A DNA stretch of 64,000 bases from Vitrella brassicaformis CCMP3155. Lineage: Eukaryota > Protista > Chromerida. The notes under the pieces were generated by a model, which saw nothing but the letters and a program-made list of their open reading frames with translations, searched no databases and was not told the DNA's origin. The DNA lies in contig CDMY01000417.1 of assembly GCA_001179505.1 (NCBI GenBank), positions 18,511-82,510 of the forward strand, given 5' to 3'. Shown here in pieces: positions 53,360 through 64,000 of this stretch. Made by a program: the position numbers and the translations under genes. Position 1 is the first letter of the stretch. The number at the start of each line of letters is the position of its first letter.

Positions 53360-55592
53360 CTAGGGAGTGCCCGAAGTGACGGTGGACATGTCGTCGGCGG
53401 CGGTGCTCTGTGTGGTGACCCCGGAGTGGATGGGGGAGATGGCCACGTTGGGGGTGGGCGCATTGGGGGCCAGAGGGAAGATGTCCGGCAGGTGCAGCTG
53501 CGTGATGCTCACGTCAACGTACTTGCGCAACGAACGGGGACCCTCCTCCTGACGCATGGCAGCATGGCACACAGCACACAGCACCCTCTTCTTCCTTCTC
53601 TCTCTGTCTCTCGGCGAGTGTGTGTGTGTGTGGGGTGGGTGTGGTGGGTGGGGTGTCGCTTACCTTCATCTGCTTCATGAGTTGCGACCGCACCGTCGCC
53701 ATGTCCATGTCCAAACGAGCAAACAACTGAAGGACAGACAGACAGACAGACAGACATGCCCCAGTCAGTCCCCGCCTCCCTCCCTCCATCCATCCATACC
53801 ATTGGGCGCAGTTGGTCGAGGAGCCAGATGGCCGAGCTGTAGCGGCGCATCTCCATCTAAAGACATACACGCATCAAAGGACGGACAGAAAGGCCAACTC
53901 AACGCGCCGTAAGCGTCATGTGGTGCGGTGTGGTGCGGTGTGTCTGGTCTGCCTGCGTACCGCAAAGATGTCATCGCACATGGCGTTGAGGTCGTCAACG
54001 TGCCTAAACGAGATGGGGTCAGGAATGAGTGCGGGTGTGGGTGTGGGTGTGTTGCCTGCCAGACTTTGCGAAGTACGGCTTGAGGAAGTATCGTATGGCC
54101 GCCGCGGCCAGGCAGCTGCCGGGAATGTCGCCACCCCAACCTGACGCGCACACACGCAGTTGGACAAAGATGCAGCCAGATGGCATGGATGGGTCCCTCC
54201 CCTCTCACCCACGCCACACACCTTCTACGGCGGCTGCCTGGGCCAGTACGGCAAACTCGCGGATGAAGTAGGGTATCTCCGACTTGACGCTACCAAACAC
54301 CTTAAGGCACACACATAACATACATACATGGTACGGCACAGAGAGAGGGGTGGGGTGTGGTGTGCTTGGGGGCTTGTGGGTGCAGGGCAGTGCACTGGGT
54401 ACATCTTCGTATGTGTCCCTGAGTCTGGCGAGGTACAGCAGGATGAAGTCTATCGACGTGTTCGTGACGAACAAACCATCCAACGTCTTCACACACATAA
54501 CATGCCCACACACAGAAGAGACAGAGGGAGATCCATCCATTCATCGTGTGCAAGAGGTTAATCTCTGTGCCTGGTCGGTACCTTGAGGACCTCCACCTCG
54601 AGCAGTCGCACGTCGTCAACGCTTTTGATGTAGGGCGCCGCCTTGACGAAGTCCTTCACAACCGGCAGACAACGCTCATCCATGAACTCCTGCAATGCAA
54701 CACATACATCCGGTCACAACACACACACACACACACACACCATAGATGCACAAGAGCCCCTCCCTCCCTCCCTCCCCTCCCTCCCTCTCCACCGAAAAGA
54801 CATGCTGACGTGACGTACATGGAATTTGGCGGAGACGTATAGGCATGCGACGGCTATGGCGGGCGAGTCCTTTGGGTCGATGCGCGGTATGATCTCGGTG
54901 CCCTCCTCGTCGACGTACCTGCGCTCCCAGTTGGCCAGCTCCTTCTTGTCCAGGAAACGATCAAGTACATTGACCGCCGACAAGAACGTGCTACACGTCA
55001 AACGAAGGCTGCACCACCAACATACACCACACACAGGAGGGGAGGGGTGGGTAGGTTGGTGTGTGTTGTGTGTAGCAACCGACCGACCGACCGACCTTTT
55101 GACGACGTCGCCTATCCACTGTGTGAGGTTGCGCCGGTCGCCCTTGCTGTGGGCGAATGAGTGCTCGGTGCTGTCATAGCAACTGGCCTCGTGAACATAC
55201 AAATCTGGCGACGGTGCAGTGCACACAAGACAAAGAGATATACATTGCAGAGAGCAGAGGCCTCTCCTTTCCTCTGTGCCCTTGTTGTGTTGCTTACATG
55301 TCGGGAAGGCATGGATGGACGGATGCTTGGGCCATGGCTGTGGCAGGGGCAGCAGCTTATCCAGAATGCAGGACACCACCTCCTCCTCAGTAGACCCATA
55401 CGCACACTCCTCAGTGACACACCCCCCCTCACCCCCACCCTCACCCTTACTGCCTCCCGCCACCTCCGACACGGCGCCCCCATGCTCATCCTCACACACC
55501 GAACCCTCAGGCTCCCGCTCACGCTCACAGTCCTCCTTCACCAGGTCCTTCACCGCACCCTGAGACTCCGAGTTCGCCATCTTGGCGTACAT
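53360..55592 (-). CDS. Cyclin-like protein (cyclin box), multi-exon
   Basis: RRNLTQWIGDVVKR, TFLSAVNVLDRFL, IAVACLYVSAKFHE and LLEVEVLK, which match the cyclin-box helices. Confidence 0.8.
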
Positions 55593-56090
55593 GGCGCCCT
55601 AGCGTTGAAAAATTGGGTTGGGATGGGTCGGTTGGCGTTGGCTTAGGCCTCCGGCTTGGGTCTGCAATGGGATAAGGCCTGCGGATGGCGCAGGGAGCCC
55701 CGGGAGGGACGGCGGGTGTCGGGGGACGCTCTCAGAGGAGTTCCATGGCGCGTGTGTGAAGCCCTCGGGTGTGCATGCACACGATATCCGACAACTACCT
55801 ATCGCTGTAGCCAAATCACCACCTCACGCGCCCACAGCTAATGCCGATGTTTACACCTTTTGAAGATATGTTTCGTGATGCCCTACTCCATGACTCATTT
55901 GACGTTGACCTGCATCCTCCAGACAATCACTTCGTCTGTCGAGATCTGCTAGTGATCTGCTCATCGCTGGTCTTTTCTCAAGAGCCGAGAACCCAGATCC
56001 ATCAACAGGGGAGGACGAAGGGGCGAGGGGAAGGAGCATCGCATCAGGGAGGGGAGGATCTCACTCTGGTGGTTGTGGCTTCTTCATTCC

Positions 56091-56983
56091 ATGCCCGGCT
56101 TCTGGTCGGGCTTTGTCCTATCGGTGATAACAGCGTGGTGTCTGCTATCTCACCTGACGCTGCTCGGCTGCTACGAGCACCACGACGCGCATCTCGACGA
56201 CGATCCCTACACACACAGCAGCAGCAGCAGGAGGGGCAGGGGGGCGAGGGCGAGGGCGAATGCAGACAGTGGAGTTGTCTGCCCTGTCCTACCGTGGCCT
56301 ATACGTAAGTGATCTCGAGAGGCAAGGAAGGCGCACGCACGGGAACTGCACACGACATGCGGTTTGTTTGTTTGTGGGTGTCAGAGTCGGTGTTTCACAC
56401 GGATTTCATCACCGAGCTGCCCGAGGTGACCCGCTCGGCCCTGTCGATGTACCACCTGTTCGAGGGGCTGCCGAAGCTGCGTGCATTCCTGTTCTTCTCC
56501 TCTCTCCTGTCCACTGTCGCTGAGTGGATCCTCGCTCTGTGAGCAACTCACTCATCGAACGAATCAACTACTTGCCCGGGGGGATGTGCTGCAGTGGGTG
56601 GACGGATGCATGGTCTTGTGCGTTGGGTGTGGTGTGTGCAGGTATCTTGTGTGGTGGGTCTTGTGGCGGGTGTTGATCGGTCCGATAGTTGGTCTCGTCA
56701 AGCTCATCCTTGTGGCGGTCGTCGCATACAAACTGCTGCAAGTCGGCATCCATTCCAAACTAGGGTGCGCTAGGGGGCGGGGCGGTGCGGCCACAAAACA
56801 CGGAGGCAGGCGAGGCGACCACACACGAAAGAGTCGTCTGTCTGTGTTGTGGCCTGGCCGTCTATCTATCTCAGTGAGAGGATGGTGCCTGCGAATATCT
56901 TGGAGCAAGTGGACGAGCTCTTCCATTGGGTCGACTTCTCTATCACACACGTGAGGCCGCAACGACACCACGACAGCGAGTGA
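56091..56983 (+). CDS. Small unknown membrane protein (spliced)
   Basis: Hydrophobic N-terminus MPGFWSGFVLSVITAWCLLS, and codon-biased exons TDFITELPEV...FFSSLLS and YLVWWVLWRVLIGPIVGLVKLILVAVVAYKLLQ. Confidence 0.55.
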
Positions 56984-57286
56984 GGATGTCATGTGCACCT
57001 CTCCCTCCTTCCGTCACATGTGTGTGTGCGTCAGCTGTGGGGCGTCGTGAGGCAAAATGTCGAGCTGATTGCTCCGCAGATGGGTTTCGTGTACCGATTC
57101 GGCTGACTGAGGAGAATAAATATTGACGTGCTTTGCTGGGCTGCCTGCTTATTTCCTTCTCTGTATTCATTGCATGCCATTGGGTGTACAGGTGAGTGCA
57201 ATGCACAGGTGAGGGCCATCAGCGTGGCCCTCTGCTGATTGATTGGTCCATCTTACCTTCCGTCTGCCCGTCTGCCTGTCTGCCCA

Positions 57287-58135
57287 TCACTTTTTGTGGC
57301 CATACATGCCAGGCCTGTGACGGGACCAGCTCTTATGCGCGAGGTGACATGATAGCCAGCTTAGCTGCCTTTTTGGCGTCTGACGCGACGCGTGTGTGTA
57401 CATGGCTGCTGGATGACTGACTCTGCATGGTGGGTGGCATGGCATGCAGCCGCAGGACCGACCCTTTGTGTGTTGTACATAACCATATCTGTTATACGGT
57501 ATGTCTCGATCCATCCACCATCCTGTACCGTACGCGTCCCTCATTCGAAGCAAAGAAAGAACTCCATGATATAAAATGTAGGCAGCGGTAGAACATGAAG
57601 CCACCTCTAGTCCCAGCCCCCCGAACGTGTGTGGAACAGGCCGCCACTTGCGCGCCACCGACGGCGGCACGGGCGCCACATCCACAGGCGTGAGGTTGAC
57701 AGCACCGGCAGCCGAACACCCACCCACCTCGACAGCCAGGTAGGCCGTGAGTGTGCCCTTGGCCGTCGTCTTGTCCTGGGCCGTCACGGTGGTGTACAGC
57801 GCCACCCTCTTGACGGCGCCGTCGTTGCCGCTCCACACGCAGTACTTCCCCTGATGCGGGCCGGTCAGTGCCATGCCTGCTATGGTGCTGTCGTCCTCGC
57901 CGAGCATGCACCACCCTCCCTCCTCCTCGCCTTCTCGGTCGAAGAGGGGAGTGGTGGCGAGGGTCGCCGCTCCACACGCCCCACTTGAAAACACAGACGT
58001 ATAATGCTCCACTTCTGTAGTTTGTTCGTGCCTCTGTGTCTCACTCCATGTCTCACCCGTCATTGCTGAGCGGTATCGTATGGAAGAAAGGACAGCCATG
58101 ATATAAAATATAGGCAGCAATCCCTCAGCCTGCAA
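57287..58135 (-). CDS. Family cassette: constant unit + EEEGGWCMLGEDD motif + distinct downstream domain
   Basis: A 282-codon open frame, AEGLLPIFYIMAV...GEEEGGWCMLGEDD...KYCVWSGNDGAVKRVALY... Confidence 0.5.
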   Translation of the reverse strand: MQAEGLLPIFYIMAVLSSIRYRSAMTGETWSETQRHEQTTEVEHYTSVFSSGACGAATLATTPLFDREGEEEGGWCMLGEDDSTIAGMALTGPHQGKYCVWSGNDGAVKRVALYTTVTAQDKTTAKGTLTAYLAVEVGGCSAAGAVNLTPVDVAPVPPSVARKWRPVPHTFGGLGLEVASCSTAAYILYHGVLSLLRMRDAYGTGWWMDRDIPYNRYGYVQHTKGRSCGCMPCHPPCRVSHPAAMYTHASRQTPKRQLSWLSCHLAHKSWSRHRPGMYGHKK

Positions 58136-58380
58136 GCCACCATGACAAGATGCGACACACAGCCGTGTGGCCAGCGACCTTTTGCTTTTCTTCTCGAGCT
58201 TCTCTTCTTACCTCTTGTCCGTCCACCGCTGCAGCATCCACACGTCCACACGCACGACAAGTCGCCAGATGATCTGGCCTCAATCATAGCTGCAACAGCC
58301 CGCCGCCCACTACTACCACCACCACCACCACACACCACCACCAGCGCTACCCTCCACCCCTCGGCAGGCACCTCACTCAG

Positions 58381-59040
58381 TCACACTCGGGGCAGTGTTC
58401 TTGCGACTAAACGAATGGCCGAGGAACATCTTCTCCACCTCACTCTTGGGCTGGTAGGGCGGGTAGTCCACTTCCCACTGCTCCTTGATGGCCTTGAGGA
58501 TGGCCACGGCTGGAGCAGGCCTCGTGGTTGAGGAACCAGTTGTATATGATCTCTTTCTTGAGCCCCTCCCACGCCTCCGGCGTTGTGGCCCACTTGATGC
58601 ACACCTGCCCCACCATCTCCTTCTTGTCGCCCGTAAGGACGATGTGCGACGTCACCACAGTGCTGCTGCCCCTCTCCTCGTCGAAGGGAGGCAGCACGTG
58701 CCACGTGTGGGCGGGGGCAGGGGAGGTGGGTAGGGCAGCACGTGGAGCTCGTACTTCTTCGTCAAGTGTTTGGCGAAGGCGTCGAAGTCGAGCCTGATGG
58801 GATCGCCGTCCTTGTCCAGCATCGGCTGCTCCTCCTTGGCCTCCTCCTCTCTGCTGTCGGTGTTGGTCGCCGCTCCACACGCCCCACTTCAAAACACAGA
58901 CACATAATGCTCCACTTCTGTAGTTTGTTCGTGTCTCTGTGTCTCACTCCATGTCTCACCCTACCGTTTGCGCTGCATCCTTTGGCAAAAAAGACAGTCA
59001 TGATATAAAATGTAGGCAGCAATCCCTCAACCTACAAGCC
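58381..59040 (-). pseudogene. Constant unit + Trp-rich domain (paralog of 3205-3890), frameshifted
   Basis: KEIIYNWFLNHEACS is followed by an 11-nt net deletion at ~58505 relative to the left copy. Confidence 0.7.
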
Positions 59041-59159
59041 ACCATGACAAGATGCGACACACAGCCACATGGTCGGCGACCTCTTGCTTTTCTTCTCGAG
59101 CTTCTCTTACCTCCTGTCCGCTTACACCCGACCGTCCACCCGGCGGCCACCTCACTCAC

Positions 59160-60430
59160 TCACAGGGCCTTGTTCTTGCGACTAAACGAATGGCCGCAGA
59201 GCATGCCGTCCACCTCGTCTGTGGGCTCGTACGGTGGCAACTCGACGCCCCACACCTCCTTGATGTTCCTGTGGATGGCCTCCTGCCGCCACTTGAAGGA
59301 GAAGGCCCTGTGGGTGAGGAACCAGTTGTAGATGATCTCCCTCTGCAACTTCTCCCACGCCCTCTCCGTCTTGGCCCACTTGATGGCCACGCTGCCCACC
59401 CTCTCCGTGCCGTCGGCAGTCAGAACGATGTGGAATGTCACCACAACGTCCGTGCCGGGCACCTCGTCGTATGGGGGCNNNNNNNNNNNNNNNNNNNNNN
59501 NNNNNNNNNNNNNNNNNNNNNNNNNNNNNNNNNNNNNNNNNNNNNNNNNNNNNNNNNNNNNNNNNNNNNNNNNNNNNNNNNNNNNNNNNNNNNNNNNNNN
59601 NNNNNNNNNNNNNNNNNNNNNNNNNNNNNNNNNNNNNNNNNNNNNNNNNNNNNNNNNNNNNNNNNNNNNNNNNNNNNNNNNNNNNNNNNNNNNNNNNNNN
59701 NNNNNNNNNNNNNNNNNNNNNNNNNNNNNNNNNNNNNNNNNNNNNNNNNNNNNNNNNNNNNNNNNNNNNNNNNNNNNNGGGGGGTGGGGGGGGGGGGGGG
59801 GGGGGGGGGGGGGGGCGGCTTGGCCAGGGGCAGCTTGGCCAGGGGCAGCTTGAGGTATGGCCGCAGGTGGCGCACCATGTCACTGGCCGCCTTGATGATG
59901 GGCCGTTCTGAAATATGCCAGTCTGAACCCAACACATCATCACACACCACCGAGCAACAATCGACAGACATCATCCCCATCGTGTGCTGACTGTTCGGTG
60001 CTGACAGTGCGAATGTCGTCGTGCTCCAGTTTTTTCTTCTTCCACGCCGCCTTGGCATCCTCCAACGTCTGTTGCGCACCAGTCGACCGTTCCATGCAGC
60101 CGCATCCCATCTTCCTTTCTGTCTCTCTCTCTCTCTCGCTGACCTTGTGTTCTTTGTGGTTCTGAGGCCCGAACTCCACGCCCTCGTGCTTGTACTTCTC
60201 AGCGACGTCCGCCTGTATCTCGGCAGCCAACATGTCACCTGACTCACACACCTACTCGCCAGCACAGCAGAGAACAGCACCACTGATGCAGCTCTTCCCT
60301 CCTTTAGATTCTGTATGTGTACCACACCTGCAGCTTCTCCACGTGGGGTTTGGAAAAGGGGAGTCCGACAGGGCAGTCTCTGATGGGCACGAGCTTCAGC
60401 CGAAGTGCCTCACACACCAGTATCAGAATC
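59160..60430 (-). pseudogene. DIGKIL/poly-Pro/Trp-rich domain cassette (paralog of 2254-3085), spans a gap
   Basis: VVVTFHIVLTADGTERVGSVAIKWAKTERAWEKLQREIIYNWFLTH...GHSFSRKNKAL. There is an apparent frameshift in an A-run near 60035 and a poly-G run next to the gap. Confidence 0.65.
59479..59778. other. Assembly gap (300 N) next to a poly-G tract
   Basis: Run of N. Confidence 1.
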
Positions 60431-60559
60431 TTCCCGATGTCCGCGCACGAGCACACACGCAGAGAGACAGACACACATACACACAGACAGATGGAGAGGC
60501 GTACTTCATTGACGCGATGCACGCACTATCGGGTGCGCACCTCCGTGTATTGGGGGCTC

Positions 60560-61480
60560 GTAGGATATGTTGATGGGCTTGCCGTCCTTGTCCAGCAGTG
60601 GCTCCTCCTCCTTGGCCTCCTCCATGTCTCACCCGTGTGCGCTGCATCCTATGCGAAACAAGACAGCCATGATATAAAATGTAGGCAGCAATCCCTCCTC
60701 CTCTCTGCTGTCGGTGGTGATGTTGGCTGCGGCGGCCTCGTCCGAGTCGCTGGCGCCCCCGATGGCATCCTCGAGTGGCGACCCAGCAGACGAAGGCCCA
60801 CCCGCCTCGATGGCTCCCTCGGACGTCTTGTCCTCCTCCTCCTCCTCCTTCTCCTCCTCCTCCTCCTCCTGCTCCCTCTCGGCCGCCGACGCACTGCTCA
60901 CGCCGCCTCCCTCCTCACACAGTCTCCTCACCCTCGTGGTGGTCGGCCGGGATGTCCTGGTCGTCGGGTGCGACTGTGCTGAGGGGCTGTGGGGGGCGGG
61001 TTGGTGATAACCCAGTCACCGTCTGTGGCCTCCTCGCCGAGCATGCACCACTCTGCCTCCTTTTCGACGCCACTGAAGGGCGCCTGCCGCCACAAAGCCC
61101 TCCTCCTTTGCCGTCGCCTTGTCCTGGGCCGTCATATAGGTGTAGAGGGCCACCATCTTGACAGCGCGGTGGTCGCCGCTCCATACGCCCCACTTCAAAA
61201 CACAGACACATAATGCTCCACTTCTGTAGTTTGTTCGTGTCTTTGTGTCTCACTCCATGTCTCACCCTACCGTTTGCGCTGCATCCTTTGGCAAAAAAGA
61301 CAGTCATGATATAAAATGTAGGCAGCAATCCCTCAACCTACAAGCCACCATGACAAGATGCGACACACAGCCACATGGTCGGCGACCTCTTGCTTTTCTT
61401 CTCGAGCTTCTCTTCTTACCTCTTCTCCATCCACCGCTGCAGCATCCACACGTCCACTCGCACGACAAGTCGCAGAGTCC
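60560..61480 (-). pseudogene. Chimeric family cassette (constant unit / AVKMVALY segment / WCMLGEEATDGDW / acidic linker / second constant unit)
   Basis: Pieces are homologous to 57770-57830, 1845-2200 and 3205-3450, joined out of frame. Confidence 0.6.
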
Positions 61481-61530
61481 ACCATCCGAGGCGAATTCCT
61501 GCGTACGAAAGACACAGCCCTTTCTTTCGT

Positions 61531-62313
61531 TCACACAATCCGACTCCGCTGACTCGACATGAACGTGAACACATGCGGAGTCGACTTACAGCCAGACAGA
61601 AGTCGGTGGTATGACCCAGTCACCGTCAGTGGCCTCCTCACCAACCAGTGGAGCCCCTTCCTGCTTGGCTGCCCTTCCTGGCTGGCGCTGGGGACTTGTG
61701 CGATGGCTATGCCGGGTGTGTTGGTGACGGGGGCACATGCAGTCTTGGTCGTCGCTGCATCAATGGCGGATCCACCTTGATGGCATGGGTTCTGAGAGAG
61801 CATCTGGAAGTATTCGGGCCGGGTGACCGCTGTCATAGGATGGCGAGGGCGAGAGGGGGTCTGGATGGCGCCGGCGGAACACGCACTGCTGGTCGTCGCT
61901 GCACCACCGGCCGACGACTGATCGGCAGCAGCCGCCCGTGCAGTGGCGTCTTGGGCAGGGGCTGCGATGCTGGTGTGCTGAGGGGCCGTGTGGGGCAGGT
62001 CGGCGGTGACCCAGTCACCGTCAGTGGCCTCCTCGCCAACTAGTGGAGCCCGCTTCCTGCTCGGCTGCCCTTCCTGGCTGGTGATGGGGACTCGTGCGAT
62101 GGCTATGCCGGGTGTGTTGGTGACGAGGGGACACGCACTGCTGGCAGCAGCTGCCAGTGACGTAGGTAATGGATGACGCAGCACGCCCGGCGCACACACA
62201 GCACTCGAGGCGCCCACATGGGTCGACGCGCGCTGGACGTGCCCTGGATGGGTCAAATGCACACAAGGTGAGAGAGCGAGAGTGCATGTCGACCCATAGG
62301 TGTCCCGCCCCAC
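61531..62313 (-). pseudogene. Fragment homologous to the paralog B linker, bracketed by a ~125-bp direct repeat
   Basis: QSSAGGAATTSSAC...LSQNPCHQGGSA matches 36300-36480. The direct repeats are 61612-61737 and 62007-62134. Confidence 0.65.
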
Positions 62314-62519
62314 CCACTGTCTGTGTGTTGCCCACCAGGTGTTCTATGAGGGTGCTGCTGCTGCTGATGACGACGGCTCGCATCGGGCGTGCCCTTGTGC
62401 CGGCTAGGCGACAGGGAGTGGGGCCTCGCGACCTGATTGACACACCCAGACACGGGACATCCATTAATTCATTCATTTATTTATTCATGTCTGACAGCAC
62501 CGCTCGTTTCCCTCCCTGA

Positions 62520-63131
62520 TCCACTTCTCACCGTGGTGCGGCCCGTCCGAGTCGCATCCGCGGCAAACAGCAGCCTCTGCCGGTGCCGCACGGCGGCCAG
62601 GGCGTGCCGCTGCTGCTGCTCGTCTCGGCGCCCCTGGTGATGCCGAGGACGGCGGGTCGTGTGGTCCACCTTACGAGGTAAATTGCTATGCATAGGGAAC
62701 ACACAGGCACTTCTGTTGTCCACGAACCATTCGACCTGTGATTCTTCTCGTTGCTTACCCTTCTGCGAGTGAGTGGTCATGAGCGTGAGTGAACGCCGTG
62801 GTAGGCATGCCTATGTGGAACCGACACACAGGCACACACAGGCACTGGACATACAGCTTTATCCCACCCCTTCTCTCGTTGTGTGGGGCTCACCTGGTTG
62901 ACTGCCCTGCGAACGCCCTTCCTGTTCGGCGGTTGTCGGCCCGCCGGCCGCTCCGGTGCTGTCCTGCTGCTCCCTGCTGCCGCTGCCGCCAGTGTTTTGC
63001 CCCTCCTCCGCTTCAGCCGCAGGGTTGTTGAGATTGCTGTGTTGCACTGAGGGGAGGGGTGCGTCACGAGCAAAGCTTGCTATAACAGCAGCTAAACCGA
63101 CACACATCACATAGCGACACGCCGAAGACAC
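62520..63131 (-). CDS. Possible small secreted protein or gene fragment, unknown
   Basis: Signal-like MSSACRYVMCVGLAAVIASFA followed by a low-complexity exon ending at a GT donor. The downstream exons are unclear. Confidence 0.3.
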
Positions 63132-63197
63132 ATACGAAGGAAGGTCCTTCTTGCCTATCGGTACCTTTGCAGCACGGCGGATGTTTTCTCGCCTCGC

Positions 63198-63682
63198 TTA
63201 CTGCAGCCACACACCAGACCAAGACAGAGAACGAAAGTACTCGGAGCGTTTTTGCTGGTTGCGTCGCTCACACGGATGAGAAGACCTTTGCACAGACACT
63301 GACAGAGAGCACGCGGCGTGGAGAGCTGCATAAAAAGCTCTCGAAGCTCCTCGGCCACTCCCTGCTGGCGGGTCGGTGATGACCCAGTCACCGTCGGTGG
63401 CCTCCTCGCCGAGCATGCACCACCCTCCCTCCTCCTCGAAGCCACTGAGGGGCGCCTGCCGCCACAAGGCCCTCCTCCTTCGGGCCTGGCGCTTCTGCTG
63501 CTTCTTTGCCGCCCTGCGGGCCCTGCTGCGAGTGCCGCCGAAGTCGACTCGTCGTGCAGTGGCGTGACGGCCATCTCGCAGCTGGCGGCGTCTTGCCGCA
63601 GGACCTCGGGGTCGTCTGATGGGCGCTTGCGGCAGGGAATCGGACCAGGGGCGGCCTCCAGGTCGCGGCGGAACAAGAACAT
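63198..63682 (-). pseudogene. Family N-module copy (MFLFRRDLEAAP...FEEEGGWCMLGEEATDGDWVITDPP), frameshifted
   Basis: A 10-nt deletion at ~63548 relative to the 36741 copy. The sequence switches to unrelated DNA after DPP. Confidence 0.7.
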
Positions 63683-64000
63683 GGTCGTCCAGGGGACAGC
63701 TGCGACGCCTCAACAGTGCCGACGGGTGTTGCTGCTGTTGGTTGCTGCTGCTGCTGGGAGCTGCTGGAGCTGCTGCTGCCCTTATGCGCTGTGTGGTGAT
63801 TCTGTTTCCTCAGAATTTGAAAAAGACGAAACGCGCTAGGGTTTGTGGGGTTAATTTGTCTCGTAAATTCTCGCCCAGCGTTTTGGTGCAGGAATATACT
63901 ATGTCTCCGTCTCCTGCAGCGCCTTTGCAGATCTACCTGCCTGCTTCTGCCCCCTTGCATGTTGCGTGCTGCATATCTTATGTTGCGTGTTTCGTGCTGG

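Larger units (their letters stand above)
57287..63876 (-). repeat. Mosaic locus R of the modular family: an array of rearranged modules
   Basis: Contains the leader and N-module, two Trp-rich domains, several constant units and acidic linkers, homologous to 1274-4185 and 36160-36900. Confidence 0.9.

Overview
This is eukaryotic nuclear DNA, not prokaryotic. It has GC3-rich exons, many short GT-AG introns full of (GT)n/(GA)n/(CATC)n/(GACA)n microsatellites, and two 300-N gaps. A nuclear HCF136/Ycf48 gene with a bipartite plastid leader, together with this gene style, points to a photosynthetic alveolate, most likely the chromerid Vitrella brassicaformis (inference). The central ~53 kb holds recognisable housekeeping genes, mostly in tight head-to-head pairs: a SAM methyltransferase, DCTPP1, CCT5, HCF136, a CBM48+PPTC7-type PP2C, NOL6/Utp22, LPAAT, secernin, UPF2, a DHHC palmitoyltransferase, a cyclin and three unknown membrane proteins. 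The most unusual content is a modular, shuffled family of unknown proteins. It occurs as two oppositely oriented mosaic loci at the window ends (1274-4185 +, 57287-63876 -) and as a convergent paralog pair in the middle (31828-36741). A shared N-terminal module (MFLFRRDLE...EEGGWCMLGEEATDGDW) and a recurring constant unit are joined to different downstream domains. Other notable items are an intronless frameshifted ORF bracketed by a hairpin direct repeat, a likely acylated CBM48-PP2C fusion, an intron presence/absence difference between paralogs, and a possible Tc1/IS630 relic. I found no rRNA, tRNA, CRISPR array or intact transposase/integrase. All exon structures were read by eye and no database search was run.
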